Shown: positions 11,153 to 20,357 of the stretch, one piece after another | Layout: every line of letters starts with the position of its first letter | Position numbering within the stretch: the stretch's first letter is position 1 | NCBI GenBank assembly: GCA_965203725.1 | Contig: CBDBDH010000002.1 | Coordinates: forward strand, 10,386-74,385 | Length of the DNA stretch: 64,000 nt | Origin: Gammaproteobacteria bacterium | GTDB taxonomy: Bacteria; Pseudomonadota; Gammaproteobacteria; UBA4575 | Reading direction: 5' to 3' | Program-made: the position numbers and the translations under genes | The notes under the pieces: generated by a model | The model's input: the letters and a program-made list of their open reading frames with translations, nothing else | The model's database searches: none | What the model was told of the DNA's origin: nothing

Positions 11153-12556
11153 ATGAGTGATGCCAATGTCTGGATTGTGGATGATGATCAAGCCATGCGC
11201 TGGGTGCTGGAGCGCGCGTTCGAGAAAGCCGGCATACCTGTGACGGCATTCGAGTCCGCAACGGCGGCGTTACGCACGCTGGAACATCATGTGCCCACTG
11301 CAATCCTTACGGATGTGCGCATGCCCGGGATGGACGGTTTTGAATTTCTGGAACGGATCAAGACGGAGCATCCGATGCTGCCGATCATCATCATGACTGC
11401 CCACTCGGATTTGCAAAGCGCGGTGGGCGCCTATGAAAAGGGCGCTTTCGATTACCTGCCCAAGCCCTTTGATGTTGACGAGGCCATCGAGCTTGCCCGT
11501 CGTGCGTGCCTCGCAGCAGGCAGCGGGCAAGCGGCGGTACAAGACGCAGCGGTGGAACCGCCGGTCAGGATCATCGGCAAGTCCCCCGCCATGCAGGAGG
11601 TGTTTCGCGCGATCGGCCGGTTGTCAAACTCCAGCATGACAGTGCTGATCAATGGAGCCTCCGGCACGGGAAAAGAACTGGTAGCCCAGGAGTTGCACGA
11701 ACACAGTCCGCGGGCGATTGGCCCATTCATCGCCCTGAACATGGCCGCGATCCCGCGCGACCTGCTCGAGGCTGAACTGTTTGGCCATGAAAAGGGTGTG
11801 TTCACGGGAGCACTGGCCATGCGCAAAGGGCGCTTTGAGCAGGCGCACAAGGGGACCCTGTTTCTGGACGAGATCGGGGACATGCCGGCCGATCTGCAGA
11901 CCCGGCTGTTGCGTATCCTGTCGGATGGACATTTTTACCGGATCGGGGGCCATGATCCGATCCAGGCCGACGTGCGGATCATTGCGGCGACCCATCAGGA
12001 TCTGGAAGGGCGGGTCCGCAAAGGCGAGTTTCGTGAAGACCTGTTCCATCGTCTCAATGTGATTCGAATCAATATTCCTTCCCTGCATGAACGCAGCGAG
12101 GACATCCCGGTCCTGTTGCAGCATTTCATGCAAAGCTCTGCAAGGGAACTGGGTACCGAGCCGAAACAGCTGGCGGATGATGTCGTAGAGCACCTGAGCA
12201 CCCTGCAATGGCCGGGAAATGTCAGGCAGCTGGAGAACGTATGCCGATGGCTGACGGTGATGGCTGCGGGCAATGAGATTCACATGCAGGATTTGCCCCT
12301 CGACATGCTCAAGGATGAAATCACGGATGCGGTGAACTGGCAAAGCCTGCTGCGTGAATGGGCCGACAAGGAATTTTCCAAGGGCAGCAGTGCGATCTGG
12401 AATCAGGCCTTACCGGAATTCGAATCGATCATGATCCGGGCAGCCATGAAAAAAACCGGGGGTCGGCGCCAGAAAGCTGCCCAGCTTCTGGGCTGGGGAA
12501 GAAATACACTGACCCGGAAAATTCAGGAACTCGGGTTGTTCGAAAAGGCTCAGTGA
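11153..12556 (+). CDS. ntrC: Nitrogen regulation response regulator NtrC (sigma54 enhancer-binding protein)
   Basis: Receiver domain (DVRMPGMDG), Walker A GASGTGKE, Walker B FLDEIGD, HTH AAQLLGWGRNTLTRK. The GAFTGA loop reads GVFTGA. Confidence 0.96.
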   Translation: MSDANVWIVDDDQAMRWVLERAFEKAGIPVTAFESATAALRTLEHHVPTAILTDVRMPGMDGFEFLERIKTEHPMLPIIIMTAHSDLQSAVGAYEKGAFDYLPKPFDVDEAIELARRACLAAGSGQAAVQDAAVEPPVRIIGKSPAMQEVFRAIGRLSNSSMTVLINGASGTGKELVAQELHEHSPRAIGPFIALNMAAIPRDLLEAELFGHEKGVFTGALAMRKGRFEQAHKGTLFLDEIGDMPADLQTRLLRILSDGHFYRIGGHDPIQADVRIIAATHQDLEGRVRKGEFREDLFHRLNVIRINIPSLHERSEDIPVLLQHFMQSSARELGTEPKQLADDVVEHLSTLQWPGNVRQLENVCRWLTVMAAGNEIHMQDLPLDMLKDEITDAVNWQSLLREWADKEFSKGSSAIWNQALPEFESIMIRAAMKKTGGRRQKAAQLLGWGRNTLTRKIQELGLFEKAQ

Positions 12557-13722
12557 TCTACAAAAGCCAAGCACTCCCTGAACGATGCTGCGAGGTCTTG
12601 CAAAAGCGTGAAGTAGGCTTCGGGTCCAGCCTCAATCGTAGCTCCCAGAGGATCGAGAACACCGATACGGGAGGGCGTATTTTCCGTGACGACCTCGACG
12701 ATGCGGTTGTCAAACTGGGGCTCGGAGAAGACACAGACCGCCTCCAGTTCCTGCACCCTGTTGCGGAGTTTCCTCACGCGCTGGGCACTTGTCGTATGTT
12801 CGCCGCCGACGGTGATCGAGCCCGCTGCGCTCAGGCCGAAGCGAGCCTCGAAATAGTGGTAGGCATCGTGGAGCACGATAAAGGACCTGTTGCGCACGGG
12901 CGCCAGGTCTGCCGTGATTCTCGCACTCAGTTCGTCAAGCCGGTGTAGGAGTGTGCGGGCGTTGGCTGCGTAAATCGCGGCATTGTCAGGGTCTGTCTCG
13001 GACAGGACTGCCGCAATTTTGCGCACCATCGCGCCGGCATTTTCCGGGTCCAGCCAGACGTGCATGTCGTAAGGGCTTTCCGTGGCGGGGTGGTCCATAT
13101 CGTGTCCGGCCTCGTGACCGGCGTGATGCCCCTCATGCTCATGGTGTTCATGGTGTGCTTCTGTGTCGTGATGATCATCCCGGTGTGCATCGTCGGACTC
13201 GTCTGCATGTGCGCCTTCTTCATGGCGGTCATGAGCGTGCGCCTCAAAGGTACCGCCCACGCGAATTTTTTTGAGCACCAGTCCCTTTGCTTCAGACAGC
13301 ATGACGACGCGGGCGTCTTCTGCGAGTGTCTGGACCGGTTTGACCAGGGGAACCTCCAAGGAGCTGTCCACCAGGAAGATGATCTGGGCGTTCTTGAGCT
13401 TCACCGCGTCCGAAGGGCGCAGACTGAACGAGTGGGGCGATGCCGCTCCCTGTATCATCAGATAGGGTTCGCCCACTCCGGCCATGACAGCACTCACCAG
13501 GGAATGTACCGGCTTGATCGAGGCAACGATCCTGTCCATACCCTCGGCTGCCGCTGGAAAGGCAGTCATGCAGCCCAATACCACGGCCATGGCAAGCGTG
13601 CGACGGACACGCGTCAGTACAGGAGGTGGGCAATCACCAGTTGCAGGTTCACGCTTTCCGGTGGTTGCCGCAGTATTTCCGGATCTCAAGTCGCTGGCTG
13701 CGGGCAGGTTCATGGACACCAT
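12550..13722 (-). CDS. znuA: Zinc ABC transporter substrate-binding protein ZnuA (start uncertain)
   Basis: VASIKPVHSLV, GAASPHSFSLRPSD, His-rich loop, DMHVWLDP, LHDAYHYFE, CVFSEPQF, LDPLG; convergent 7-bp overlap with ntrC. Confidence 0.9.
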   Translation of the reverse strand: MVSMNLPAASDLRSGNTAATTGKREPATGDCPPPVLTRVRRTLAMAVVLGCMTAFPAAAEGMDRIVASIKPVHSLVSAVMAGVGEPYLMIQGAASPHSFSLRPSDAVKLKNAQIIFLVDSSLEVPLVKPVQTLAEDARVVMLSEAKGLVLKKIRVGGTFEAHAHDRHEEGAHADESDDAHRDDHHDTEAHHEHHEHEGHHAGHEAGHDMDHPATESPYDMHVWLDPENAGAMVRKIAAVLSETDPDNAAIYAANARTLLHRLDELSARITADLAPVRNRSFIVLHDAYHYFEARFGLSAAGSITVGGEHTTSAQRVRKLRNRVQELEAVCVFSEPQFDNRIVEVVTENTPSRIGVLDPLGATIEAGPEAYFTLLQDLAASFRECLAFVDH

Positions 13723-13736
13723 CCAATCCCTTAATA

Positions 13737-13749
13737 GATATGATATAAC
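13737..13749. promoter_or_regulatory. Putative Zur box upstream of znuA
   Basis: GATATGATATAAC matches the GTTATAnTATAAC core at 10 of 12 positions, in an AT-rich patch just upstream of znuA. Confidence 0.6.
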
Positions 13750-13890
13750 CTAACAGGATTAAGTGTTGTAATCCAGCGCTGCCCCTTTCCACACGCCCGT
13801 GCGCTTGCATTCCGGAACATTCGGTGGGTGTCGGGTCATCAAACCCAATTTCAGGGATGCCAGACTGGGTTCCTGCCGGGCCAAAACGCC

Positions 13891-14847
13891 TCAGGTGTAT
13901 TCCGTTGCATCCGTGTGCATCTCCAAGCTCCCGGTCAGCGCATTGACGTGCGACAGACCGGTATCGTCGAGGTATTTTGCAATGCCGCGAGTGATTTTCT
14001 GACAGCACAGGGGATCGTAGAATAGACCTGTGCCCAAGCCGATGGCAGTGGCGCCTGCCATCAGGAACTCGATGGCATCGTCAGTGTGGACGATGCCGCC
14101 CTGTCCGATGATGGGAATCTTGTGAGGCTTGCAGACCTGGTACACCTCGTGGACCTTGAGCAACGCAATCGGCTTGATCGCCGGGCCGGACAATCCCCCC
14201 TGGTTGTTGTGCAGTACGGGCCGGCGCGTTTCGACATCGATGGCCATGCCCATGACGGTGTTGATCACGGCAAAGGCATCGCTGCCAGCCTCGATACAGC
14301 GTTTTGCATTGAGCCGGATGTCGGTCTGGTTGGGTGAAAGCTTGGTGATGAGCGGTTTTCGGGTCACTGCACGGCAGGCCTCTACCACACGTGCCGACAT
14401 CTCAGGATCATTGCCGAAGGCCACCCCGCCTTCCTTTACATTCGGGCATGAAATGTTGATTTCAATCGCATCGATCGGGGAGTCGTCAAATCTGCGCGTG
14501 ACCTCCCGGTACTCCTCCACCGTGGAGCCGGATACGTTGGCAATGAAACGGGTTTGCGAGAAATCGAGGCTCGGCAGGATCTCCTGCACGATGACATCCA
14601 CCCCAGGGTTTTGCAGGCCAATGGCATTCAGCATGCCGTCGGTGGTTTCGGCCAGGCGGTGCGGTGCATTGCCAAGACGCGGCTCCAGGGTCGTGCCTTT
14701 CAGGCAGATGGCGCCTACGTCACGGTTGGAGAACCCCTGGATGCGGGTGTACTCCTCGCCGAAGCCGACGCAGCCCGACAGCAGCACCAGGGGCGAGGAA
14801 AATTGCAGACCGCAAAAATCTACCTTGAGTCTGTCATCATCGCTCAT
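13891..14847 (-). CDS. pyrD: Dihydroorotate dehydrogenase, class 1 (1B-like catalytic subunit)
   Basis: MLNAIGLQNPG, catalytic Cys loop EINISCPNV, ITKLSPN, INT, GGLSGPAIKPIAL, IIGQGGI; no class-2 membrane N-terminus. Confidence 0.9.
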   Translation of the reverse strand: MSDDDRLKVDFCGLQFSSPLVLLSGCVGFGEEYTRIQGFSNRDVGAICLKGTTLEPRLGNAPHRLAETTDGMLNAIGLQNPGVDVIVQEILPSLDFSQTRFIANVSGSTVEEYREVTRRFDDSPIDAIEINISCPNVKEGGVAFGNDPEMSARVVEACRAVTRKPLITKLSPNQTDIRLNAKRCIEAGSDAFAVINTVMGMAIDVETRRPVLHNNQGGLSGPAIKPIALLKVHEVYQVCKPHKIPIIGQGGIVHTDDAIEFLMAGATAIGLGTGLFYDPLCCQKITRGIAKYLDDTGLSHVNALTGSLEMHTDATEYT

Positions 14848-14914
14848 ATCCGAAGTCCAGGATTACATCGTTTGGGTCGTACCTGCATCCCGCACGCCTG
14901 CCCCGCCGCCGGGT

Positions 14915-15910
14915 TCATGCAAGCTCGACTTTCATGTCTCGGCTCAGCAACTCGGATATGGCGGTTTCCAGCGCTGCATCCCCGTTCAGTACGCGCCACA
15001 CCTGTGTGCAGATTGGCATGTCCACCTGGTGGTCCCGTGCGACCTGGTGTACGACTTGGGCCGCATGAAACCCCTCAACCGCCTGCCCCAGCTCCTCCAT
15101 GTACTGCTGTGCCGTCTTGCCGTGTGCAAGTGCCAGCCCGAGGCGGCGGTTGCGGGACTGGTCATCGGTGCAGGTAAGCACCAGGTCACCGACACCTGCC
15201 AGCCCCATCAGGGTAGTCCGCTCGGCTCCAAGACTTTGGCCAAGGCGCATCATTTCCGCAAGGCCGCGGGTGACCAGTGCGGCACGTGCGTTGGCACCAA
15301 AACCGAACCCGTCTGCAATGCCGGCGGCAATGGCCAGCACGTTTTTGATTGTACCACCCAATTCGACCCCGATAATGTCGCCGCTGGTGTAGACACGAAA
15401 ACTGCTGCTGTGAAAGTAGCCTGCCAGTTCCTTGGCAAAGGCCGGTTCATCGGATGCGAGCGTCACCGCGGCCGGCAGCTGGCCGGCAACTTCGGCGGCG
15501 AAGGATGGACCGGACAAGACGGCTTTCTTGATCTTGTCTCCCAGCACCTGGGTCACGACCTCGTGCATCATCAAGCCCGTGGTTTTCTCGAACCCCTTCG
15601 TGGCCCAGACCAGCTTTTCCGGGAAATGCAACGGCACGAGTTGTTCGCAAACATTGCGCATGGCATAACTCGGCACCGCCGCCAGGACAAAATCCGCAGA
15701 CTCGAGGGCCTCGGCCAAGTCATGGTGTATCGTGAGGGAATCCGGCAGTGGATAGTCCGGCAGGTAACGCAGATTGCAACGACGGTTCTGCAGGGTGTCC
15801 ATCAGGTCGGTGTCGCAGTCCCATAGCTGCACACCGTGATGATTTCCGGACAGTTGAAGGGCGAGCGCCGTGCCCCAGGAACCCGCACCCAATACTGCAG
15901 CGATAGCCAT
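14915..15910 (-). CDS. gpsA: NAD(P)H-dependent glycerol-3-phosphate dehydrogenase
   Basis: VLGAGSWGTALA, LSGPSFAAEV, KNVLAIAAG, GDLVLTCTDDQSRNR. Confidence 0.97.
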   Translation of the reverse strand: MAIAAVLGAGSWGTALALQLSGNHHGVQLWDCDTDLMDTLQNRRCNLRYLPDYPLPDSLTIHHDLAEALESADFVLAAVPSYAMRNVCEQLVPLHFPEKLVWATKGFEKTTGLMMHEVVTQVLGDKIKKAVLSGPSFAAEVAGQLPAAVTLASDEPAFAKELAGYFHSSSFRVYTSGDIIGVELGGTIKNVLAIAAGIADGFGFGANARAALVTRGLAEMMRLGQSLGAERTTLMGLAGVGDLVLTCTDDQSRNRRLGLALAHGKTAQQYMEELGQAVEGFHAAQVVHQVARDHQVDMPICTQVWRVLNGDAALETAISELLSRDMKVELA

Positions 15911-15917
15911 GGATTTA

Positions 15918-16382
15918 TCAGTGTGTGGTTTGTTCGGGGCTGGATTTCTGCTCTTTCAGGGCCTTCAGGTGCTGCCGGTACAAGGCTTCGAAGTTTACCG
16001 GGTTCAACAGCAGTTGGGGAAAGCCTCCCTTTGAGACCAGTTCGGCGATGGTTTCGCGGGCGAAAGGAAACAGCGCATTGGGACAATGACTGCCAAGCAA
16101 CTGGTTGTGCTGGTCCTTTTTGAAATTCCTGATCAGGAAGATTCCTGCCTGCTTGACCTCGACCAGAAACGCCGTACTTTCTTCCTGGGTCGCGGTGACC
16201 TGGACGGTGATGCAGACCTCAAAAATATGCTCGCCCAGCTTGGCAGTTTCCGACTGGATATGGACGTCGGTCTGGGGATTCCATTTTTCGGTGAATATCT
16301 TGGGGGAAACAGGATTCTCAAAGGAGACGTCTTTGAGGTAAATTTTTTGAATCTCGAATTTTTGATCCGTGTCCGCGGTCAT
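15918..16382 (-). CDS. secB: Protein-export chaperone SecB
   Basis: IQKIYLKDVSFENP, AFLVEVKQAGIF, CPNALFPFARE, GGFPQLLLNPVNFEALY. Confidence 0.97.
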   Translation of the reverse strand: MTADTDQKFEIQKIYLKDVSFENPVSPKIFTEKWNPQTDVHIQSETAKLGEHIFEVCITVQVTATQEESTAFLVEVKQAGIFLIRNFKKDQHNQLLGSHCPNALFPFARETIAELVSKGGFPQLLLNPVNFEALYRQHLKALKEQKSSPEQTTH

Positions 16383-16429
16383 GAGATCAGGCCGGGTTCA
16401 ACATCATCCGATGATGCCAGCAGGATACC

Positions 16430-16690
16430 TCATGAAGCCAGCAACTCATCCAGCCTGCCTGCCTGGTTGAGTTCGGAGAGGTCATCAAAGCCGCCCACAT
16501 GCTGCTCGTTGATGAAGATCTGCGGCACCGTCTGGCGTTGGGTACGCCTCATCATCTCTTCGCGACGGGCCGGGTCCTCGTCCACATTGATTTCCGTGTA
16601 GTCGACCTTCTTGCTGTCGAGCAAACGCTTTGCCGCATTGCAGTATGCGCAGCGGTTGCCGGAATAGATGACAACCTTGCTGGAACTCAT
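16430..16690 (-). CDS. grxC: Glutaredoxin 3
   Basis: 86 aa from ATG 16690; CAYC dithiol, TVPQIFI, HVGGFDDL; ATGA overlap with the rhodanese gene. Confidence 0.93.
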   Translation of the reverse strand: MSSSKVVIYSGNRCAYCNAAKRLLDSKKVDYTEINVDEDPARREEMMRRTQRQTVPQIFINEQHVGGFDDLSELNQAGRLDELLAS

Positions 16691-17112
16691 TTCTTGACCA
16701 CCGGGAGTTGATCGTTCATCCAGGCGGTAATGCCGCCCTTCAAGCCGAACACCTGGGTATAGCTGTGTCCTGTCAGGACCTTGCAGGCCTGCGATGAACG
16801 CAGTCCCGTTTTGCAAAAGACCAGTACGGGCTGGTCCTTGTTTTTGGCCAGCTCATCCGCTTTTTGCTTGAGCACGCTGAGAGCGACGTGCCTGGCGTTG
16901 ATGATGCTTCCCTGGCCTAACTCGTTGGCCTCGCGCACGTCCACCACAAGCGCATCTTCCCGGTTGATCAGGGCGACCGCTTCCGCCGGGGTGATTTCCT
17001 TGTATCCCTTAGTTGCGCGCCTGACCTCGGTCCAGAGGATCATGCCCAGCACGACCGCAAGGGCGATGAACAGGTGATAATTCCTGATTGCGAAATCTGT
17101 AAATTCTTCCAT
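16687..17112 (-). CDS. Membrane-anchored rhodanese-like sulfurtransferase (YibN-like)
   Basis: 141 aa from ATG 17112; N-terminal TM helix, VDVREANE, active-site loop CKTGLRS, LKGGITAW. Confidence 0.88.
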   Translation of the reverse strand: MEEFTDFAIRNYHLFIALAVVLGMILWTEVRRATKGYKEITPAEAVALINREDALVVDVREANELGQGSIINARHVALSVLKQKADELAKNKDQPVLVFCKTGLRSSQACKVLTGHSYTQVFGLKGGITAWMNDQLPVVKK

Positions 17113-17206
17113 TCGGTATTTTCTGGTGGCTGCAACCGTATCTGCTGGCCGTTGTTTGGGATACCCGCCCAAGTAAACGCGGTACCCGCAGGCGCGATGC
17201 TCAGGG

Positions 17207-17521
17207 CTAGTGGACCGAGCAAAATACCTGCTGCATCATTTCAATCAACTTCAGCGTACGCTCGTCTTCCACCCGGTAGTAGACCCGGTTGGCGTCTTTC
17301 CGGGTCGCCAATATACCTTTATCCCGCAAGATGGCCAAATGCTGCGATATGTTACTCTGGGAGGTGCCTACACTGCAGACGATTTCCTGTACGCTGATCT
17401 CTCGTTTGCCAAGGACACAGAGGATTTTCAGTCGCAATGGATGCGACATGGCCTTGAGCGACCTGGAGGCTTGCTCGATGTCTTTTTCCCGATGGACGAG
17501 TTCTTCGGCGCTGATGCTCAC
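17207..17521 (-). CDS. ArsR/SmtB family repressor, BigR/SqrR/HlyU-like
   Basis: LKAMSHPLRLKILC, SQSNISQHLAILR, VYYR, C-terminal VFC; GTG start. Confidence 0.88.
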   Translation of the reverse strand: MSISAEELVHREKDIEQASRSLKAMSHPLRLKILCVLGKREISVQEIVCSVGTSQSNISQHLAILRDKGILATRKDANRVYYRVEDERTLKLIEMMQQVFCSVH

Positions 17522-17566
17522 GATGCGGGTTCAGCAGGATGCTGCTTCCAAATTTCCTTATGGACA

Positions 17567-17588
17567 TATAGTATAAGCTAATATTATA
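17567..17588. promoter_or_regulatory. AT-rich imperfect palindrome, candidate ArsR operator
   Basis: TATAGTATAAG|CTAATATTATA, 9 of 11 pairs, in the divergent arsR/envC promoter region. Confidence 0.45.
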
Positions 17589-17648
17589 AATGTCTAATAC
17601 ATTAATGAAACCCCTGTACCGGAACCGGACAGGCCCCGGAGAAATGCC

Positions 17649-18827
17649 GTGAACCGGTACGGCTTGCTGGCTGTATCGCTGGCCTGCATGGCGGTATTCA
17701 TCCCGCCGCTGGCAGGTGCTCCCTCCCAACAGGAGGTGGAGCAAAAGCTGGACCGGGTCCATGACCAGATTCAGGCCAGCCAGCTCAGGCTGGAGAAACA
17801 CCGCGGTGAGGCAGGTGCGCTGGAAGCCGAACTGCGCGAATTTGAACGCCGTATCGGCCAGCTCAACCGTCAACTCGGCGACACCGAAGCCGCGTTGAAA
17901 GATCACCGGAACCGAATTCGGTCCCTGGAGTCCAGGAAACAGGACCTGCAGAAGCAGTTGTCGCGCCACCGCAACGTCCTGCATGCACAGATGAGATCCG
18001 AGTACCTGTATGCGGGCCAGGAAAAACTGAAGTTGCTGCTCAACCAGCAGGAGCCTGCGACGCTGGGCCGCACCCTGGTGTACTACGATTACCTGCATCG
18101 TGCCCGCATGCACGAGATCGAGGCTGTGGGGAAGGTCCTGCAGGAACTCGGCCAGGTGCGGGATGAAATCGAGGCACGGGAAAAGTCGGTCGCGCGGACA
18201 CAATCCGTTCTGTCCACGCGCAAGCAGGAACTCGGCCAGGAGCAGGCAAAGCGAAAGCGGGTGCTCGAACGCATGCAGGCACGCGTGTCCGATGAACAGG
18301 TCCGGCTTGCCAACCTCGAGATCGACAGGCAACAACTCCAGGAACTTCTGGACGAACTGCTGGCCACTTTGATCAACATTCCCCACATCGACCAGGGCCA
18401 GGATTTCCGCAAGGAAAAAGGCAAGCTGTTCTGGCCGGTGGCCGGCAAACCCAGCAACCGCTTTGGCCAGAGACGCAATTTTTCACGCCGTGCGTTGTAC
18501 TGGCAGGGCGTGTTCATCCCGGGCCGCGCCGGCAATGACGTGTACAACATTTTTCATGGGCGGGTGGTGTTTGCAGAATGGATGCGCGGGCTCGGGCTGT
18601 TGATGATCATTGATCACGGCAATGGGTATCTGAGCCTGTACGGGCATAGTCAAAGCCTTTACAAGCGCCCGGGCGAATGGGTCAAGGCCGGCGAGCGCAT
18701 TGCCTCCGTGGGCAACAGCGGCGGGCAAAGCCGAACCGGCCTGTATTTCGAAATCCGCAGGCACGGCAAGCCTGTAAACCCCCAACTCTGGTGCAAAAAA
18801 CCTGCCCCGTCAGGCCGCACCGGCTGA
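17649..18827 (+). CDS. envC: Murein hydrolase activator EnvC
   Basis: Signal peptide, long coiled coil, degenerate M23/LytM domain (WQGVFI, IIDHGNGYLSLYGH, LYFEIR). Confidence 0.9.
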   Translation: MNRYGLLAVSLACMAVFIPPLAGAPSQQEVEQKLDRVHDQIQASQLRLEKHRGEAGALEAELREFERRIGQLNRQLGDTEAALKDHRNRIRSLESRKQDLQKQLSRHRNVLHAQMRSEYLYAGQEKLKLLLNQQEPATLGRTLVYYDYLHRARMHEIEAVGKVLQELGQVRDEIEAREKSVARTQSVLSTRKQELGQEQAKRKRVLERMQARVSDEQVRLANLEIDRQQLQELLDELLATLINIPHIDQGQDFRKEKGKLFWPVAGKPSNRFGQRRNFSRRALYWQGVFIPGRAGNDVYNIFHGRVVFAEWMRGLGLLMIIDHGNGYLSLYGHSQSLYKRPGEWVKAGERIASVGNSGGQSRTGLYFEIRRHGKPVNPQLWCKKPAPSGRTG

Positions 18828-18941
18828 GCCTGCATTCCGAATGAATACCCCCTGCATGCCTTCTCGCGTTTGCAAACGGGCTTTTCCATCCCATAAATCG
18901 GGGTATGATTGGACAGCTGGATCAAACCCCGGAGATCGGCA

Positions 18942-20324
18942 ATGAGATTCAAACCCTCCTTGGGCCTCGGACTTGTGCTGGGCATCGCCCTGAGCCTGCC
19001 TGTCAGCCTGATGCACAGCGTGTGGGCCGACAAGGAAAGTGCAGCCTCGCTGCCACTCGATGAGTTGCGCACGTTCACGGACGTCTATGCCAGGATCAAA
19101 AAGGAGTACGTGACCGAGGTTGAGGACAGCGAGCTTTTGAAAAACGCGATCCGCGGCATGTTGTCCGGTCTTGATTCACATTCCTCCTTTCTCGATGCGG
19201 AGCAGTTTCGCGAACTCCAGATTGGCACCACGGGTGAGTTTGGCGGGCTGGGGATCGAGGTCGGGATGGAGAATGGCTTCATCAAGGTGATCGCGCCGAT
19301 CGATGATACCCCTGCACAGCGGGCCGGAGTGCAGGCCGGTGACCTGATCATCAAGCTCGATGGCGAATCGGTGAAAGGTGTGGACCTAGAAGAAGCCGTG
19401 CGGCGCATGCGTGGCAAGATCGGTTCGACGATCGAACTGACGATCGTGCGGGAAGATGAAGACGGGCCTTTGCAGGTGACCATCACGCGCGCCATGATTC
19501 GCGTACACAGCGTACGCAGCCGCATGCTGGAGCCGGGTTTCGGGTATGTGCGCATTTCAAATTTTCAGTCCAAGACCACGAGCGCGCTGCATGAAGCGAT
19601 TGAGGGCCTGGAAGCGGAGAACGAGGGCGAACTGCAGGGCCTGGTGCTGGACTTGCGAAACAATCCCGGTGGACTGCTGACCGGTGCGGTTGGCGTCTCG
19701 GATGTCTTTTTGCAGGACAATGCCCTGATCGTTTATATCAAGGGACGGGCGGGTGACTCGGAACTGAAATACTCCGCAAGCACCGACGATTTGCTCGATG
19801 GTGCCCCGCTGGTGGTACTGATCAACAAGGGGTCGGCCTCCGCTTCGGAAATCGTTGCAGGGGCCATGCAGGACCACGATCGAGGCACGGTCCTGGGGGT
19901 CACGTCCTTTGGCAAGGGTTCCGTGCAAACCATCCTGCCGCTCAAGGACAACACCGCACTGAAACTGACCACGGCACGCTACTACACGCCTTCCGGCCGC
20001 TCGATCCAGGACGCGGGTATCGTGCCGGATGTTCTGCTGAAGCCTGCCGAGGACCCAGAAGACAAGGAAGCCGACGCGAACGGGATGAGCGCGACAGTCG
20101 AGGACGTCTTGCAGGACGACCCGGATGAGAATGCGGTGCCGTCTCACGATCCTGCCTCGATCGTAATCCTCCCCGAGCGCGGTGAAGACGACACCACCGA
20201 CTATGAACTGGATGAGGCACTCAGGCAGCTGAAGGCCATGGCCCAACCGCCAGCGTCGGGTCAGGCCGCCGGCCTGACTCCGGGTGATCAGCTTTCAAAA
20301 GCCGACGAACAGGATATACAATAA
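18942..20324 (+). CDS. ctpA: S41 carboxy-terminal processing protease (PDZ + S41)
   Basis: GEFGGLGIEV, LDLRNNPGGLL, SASASEIVAGA, FGKGSVQT, TTARYYTPSGRSIQ. Confidence 0.92.
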   Translation: MRFKPSLGLGLVLGIALSLPVSLMHSVWADKESAASLPLDELRTFTDVYARIKKEYVTEVEDSELLKNAIRGMLSGLDSHSSFLDAEQFRELQIGTTGEFGGLGIEVGMENGFIKVIAPIDDTPAQRAGVQAGDLIIKLDGESVKGVDLEEAVRRMRGKIGSTIELTIVREDEDGPLQVTITRAMIRVHSVRSRMLEPGFGYVRISNFQSKTTSALHEAIEGLEAENEGELQGLVLDLRNNPGGLLTGAVGVSDVFLQDNALIVYIKGRAGDSELKYSASTDDLLDGAPLVVLINKGSASASEIVAGAMQDHDRGTVLGVTSFGKGSVQTILPLKDNTALKLTTARYYTPSGRSIQDAGIVPDVLLKPAEDPEDKEADANGMSATVEDVLQDDPDENAVPSHDPASIVILPERGEDDTTDYELDEALRQLKAMAQPPASGQAAGLTPGDQLSKADEQDIQ

Positions 20325-20357
20325 AATCCCGTCAAGGTCAGTTTAAAGGGTAAACCC

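Noticed and set aside
13090-13240. Repetitive ATG/GTG-rich DNA as a repeat element
   Set aside because: Explained by His codons of the ZnuA loop.
14129-15826. 565-aa plus-strand ORF and other long alternative ORFs (e.g. 5701-7014, 34579-35661, 51687-52676)
   Set aside because: Antisense shadows of well-supported genes, expected from GC-rich codon bias; no recognisable motifs.
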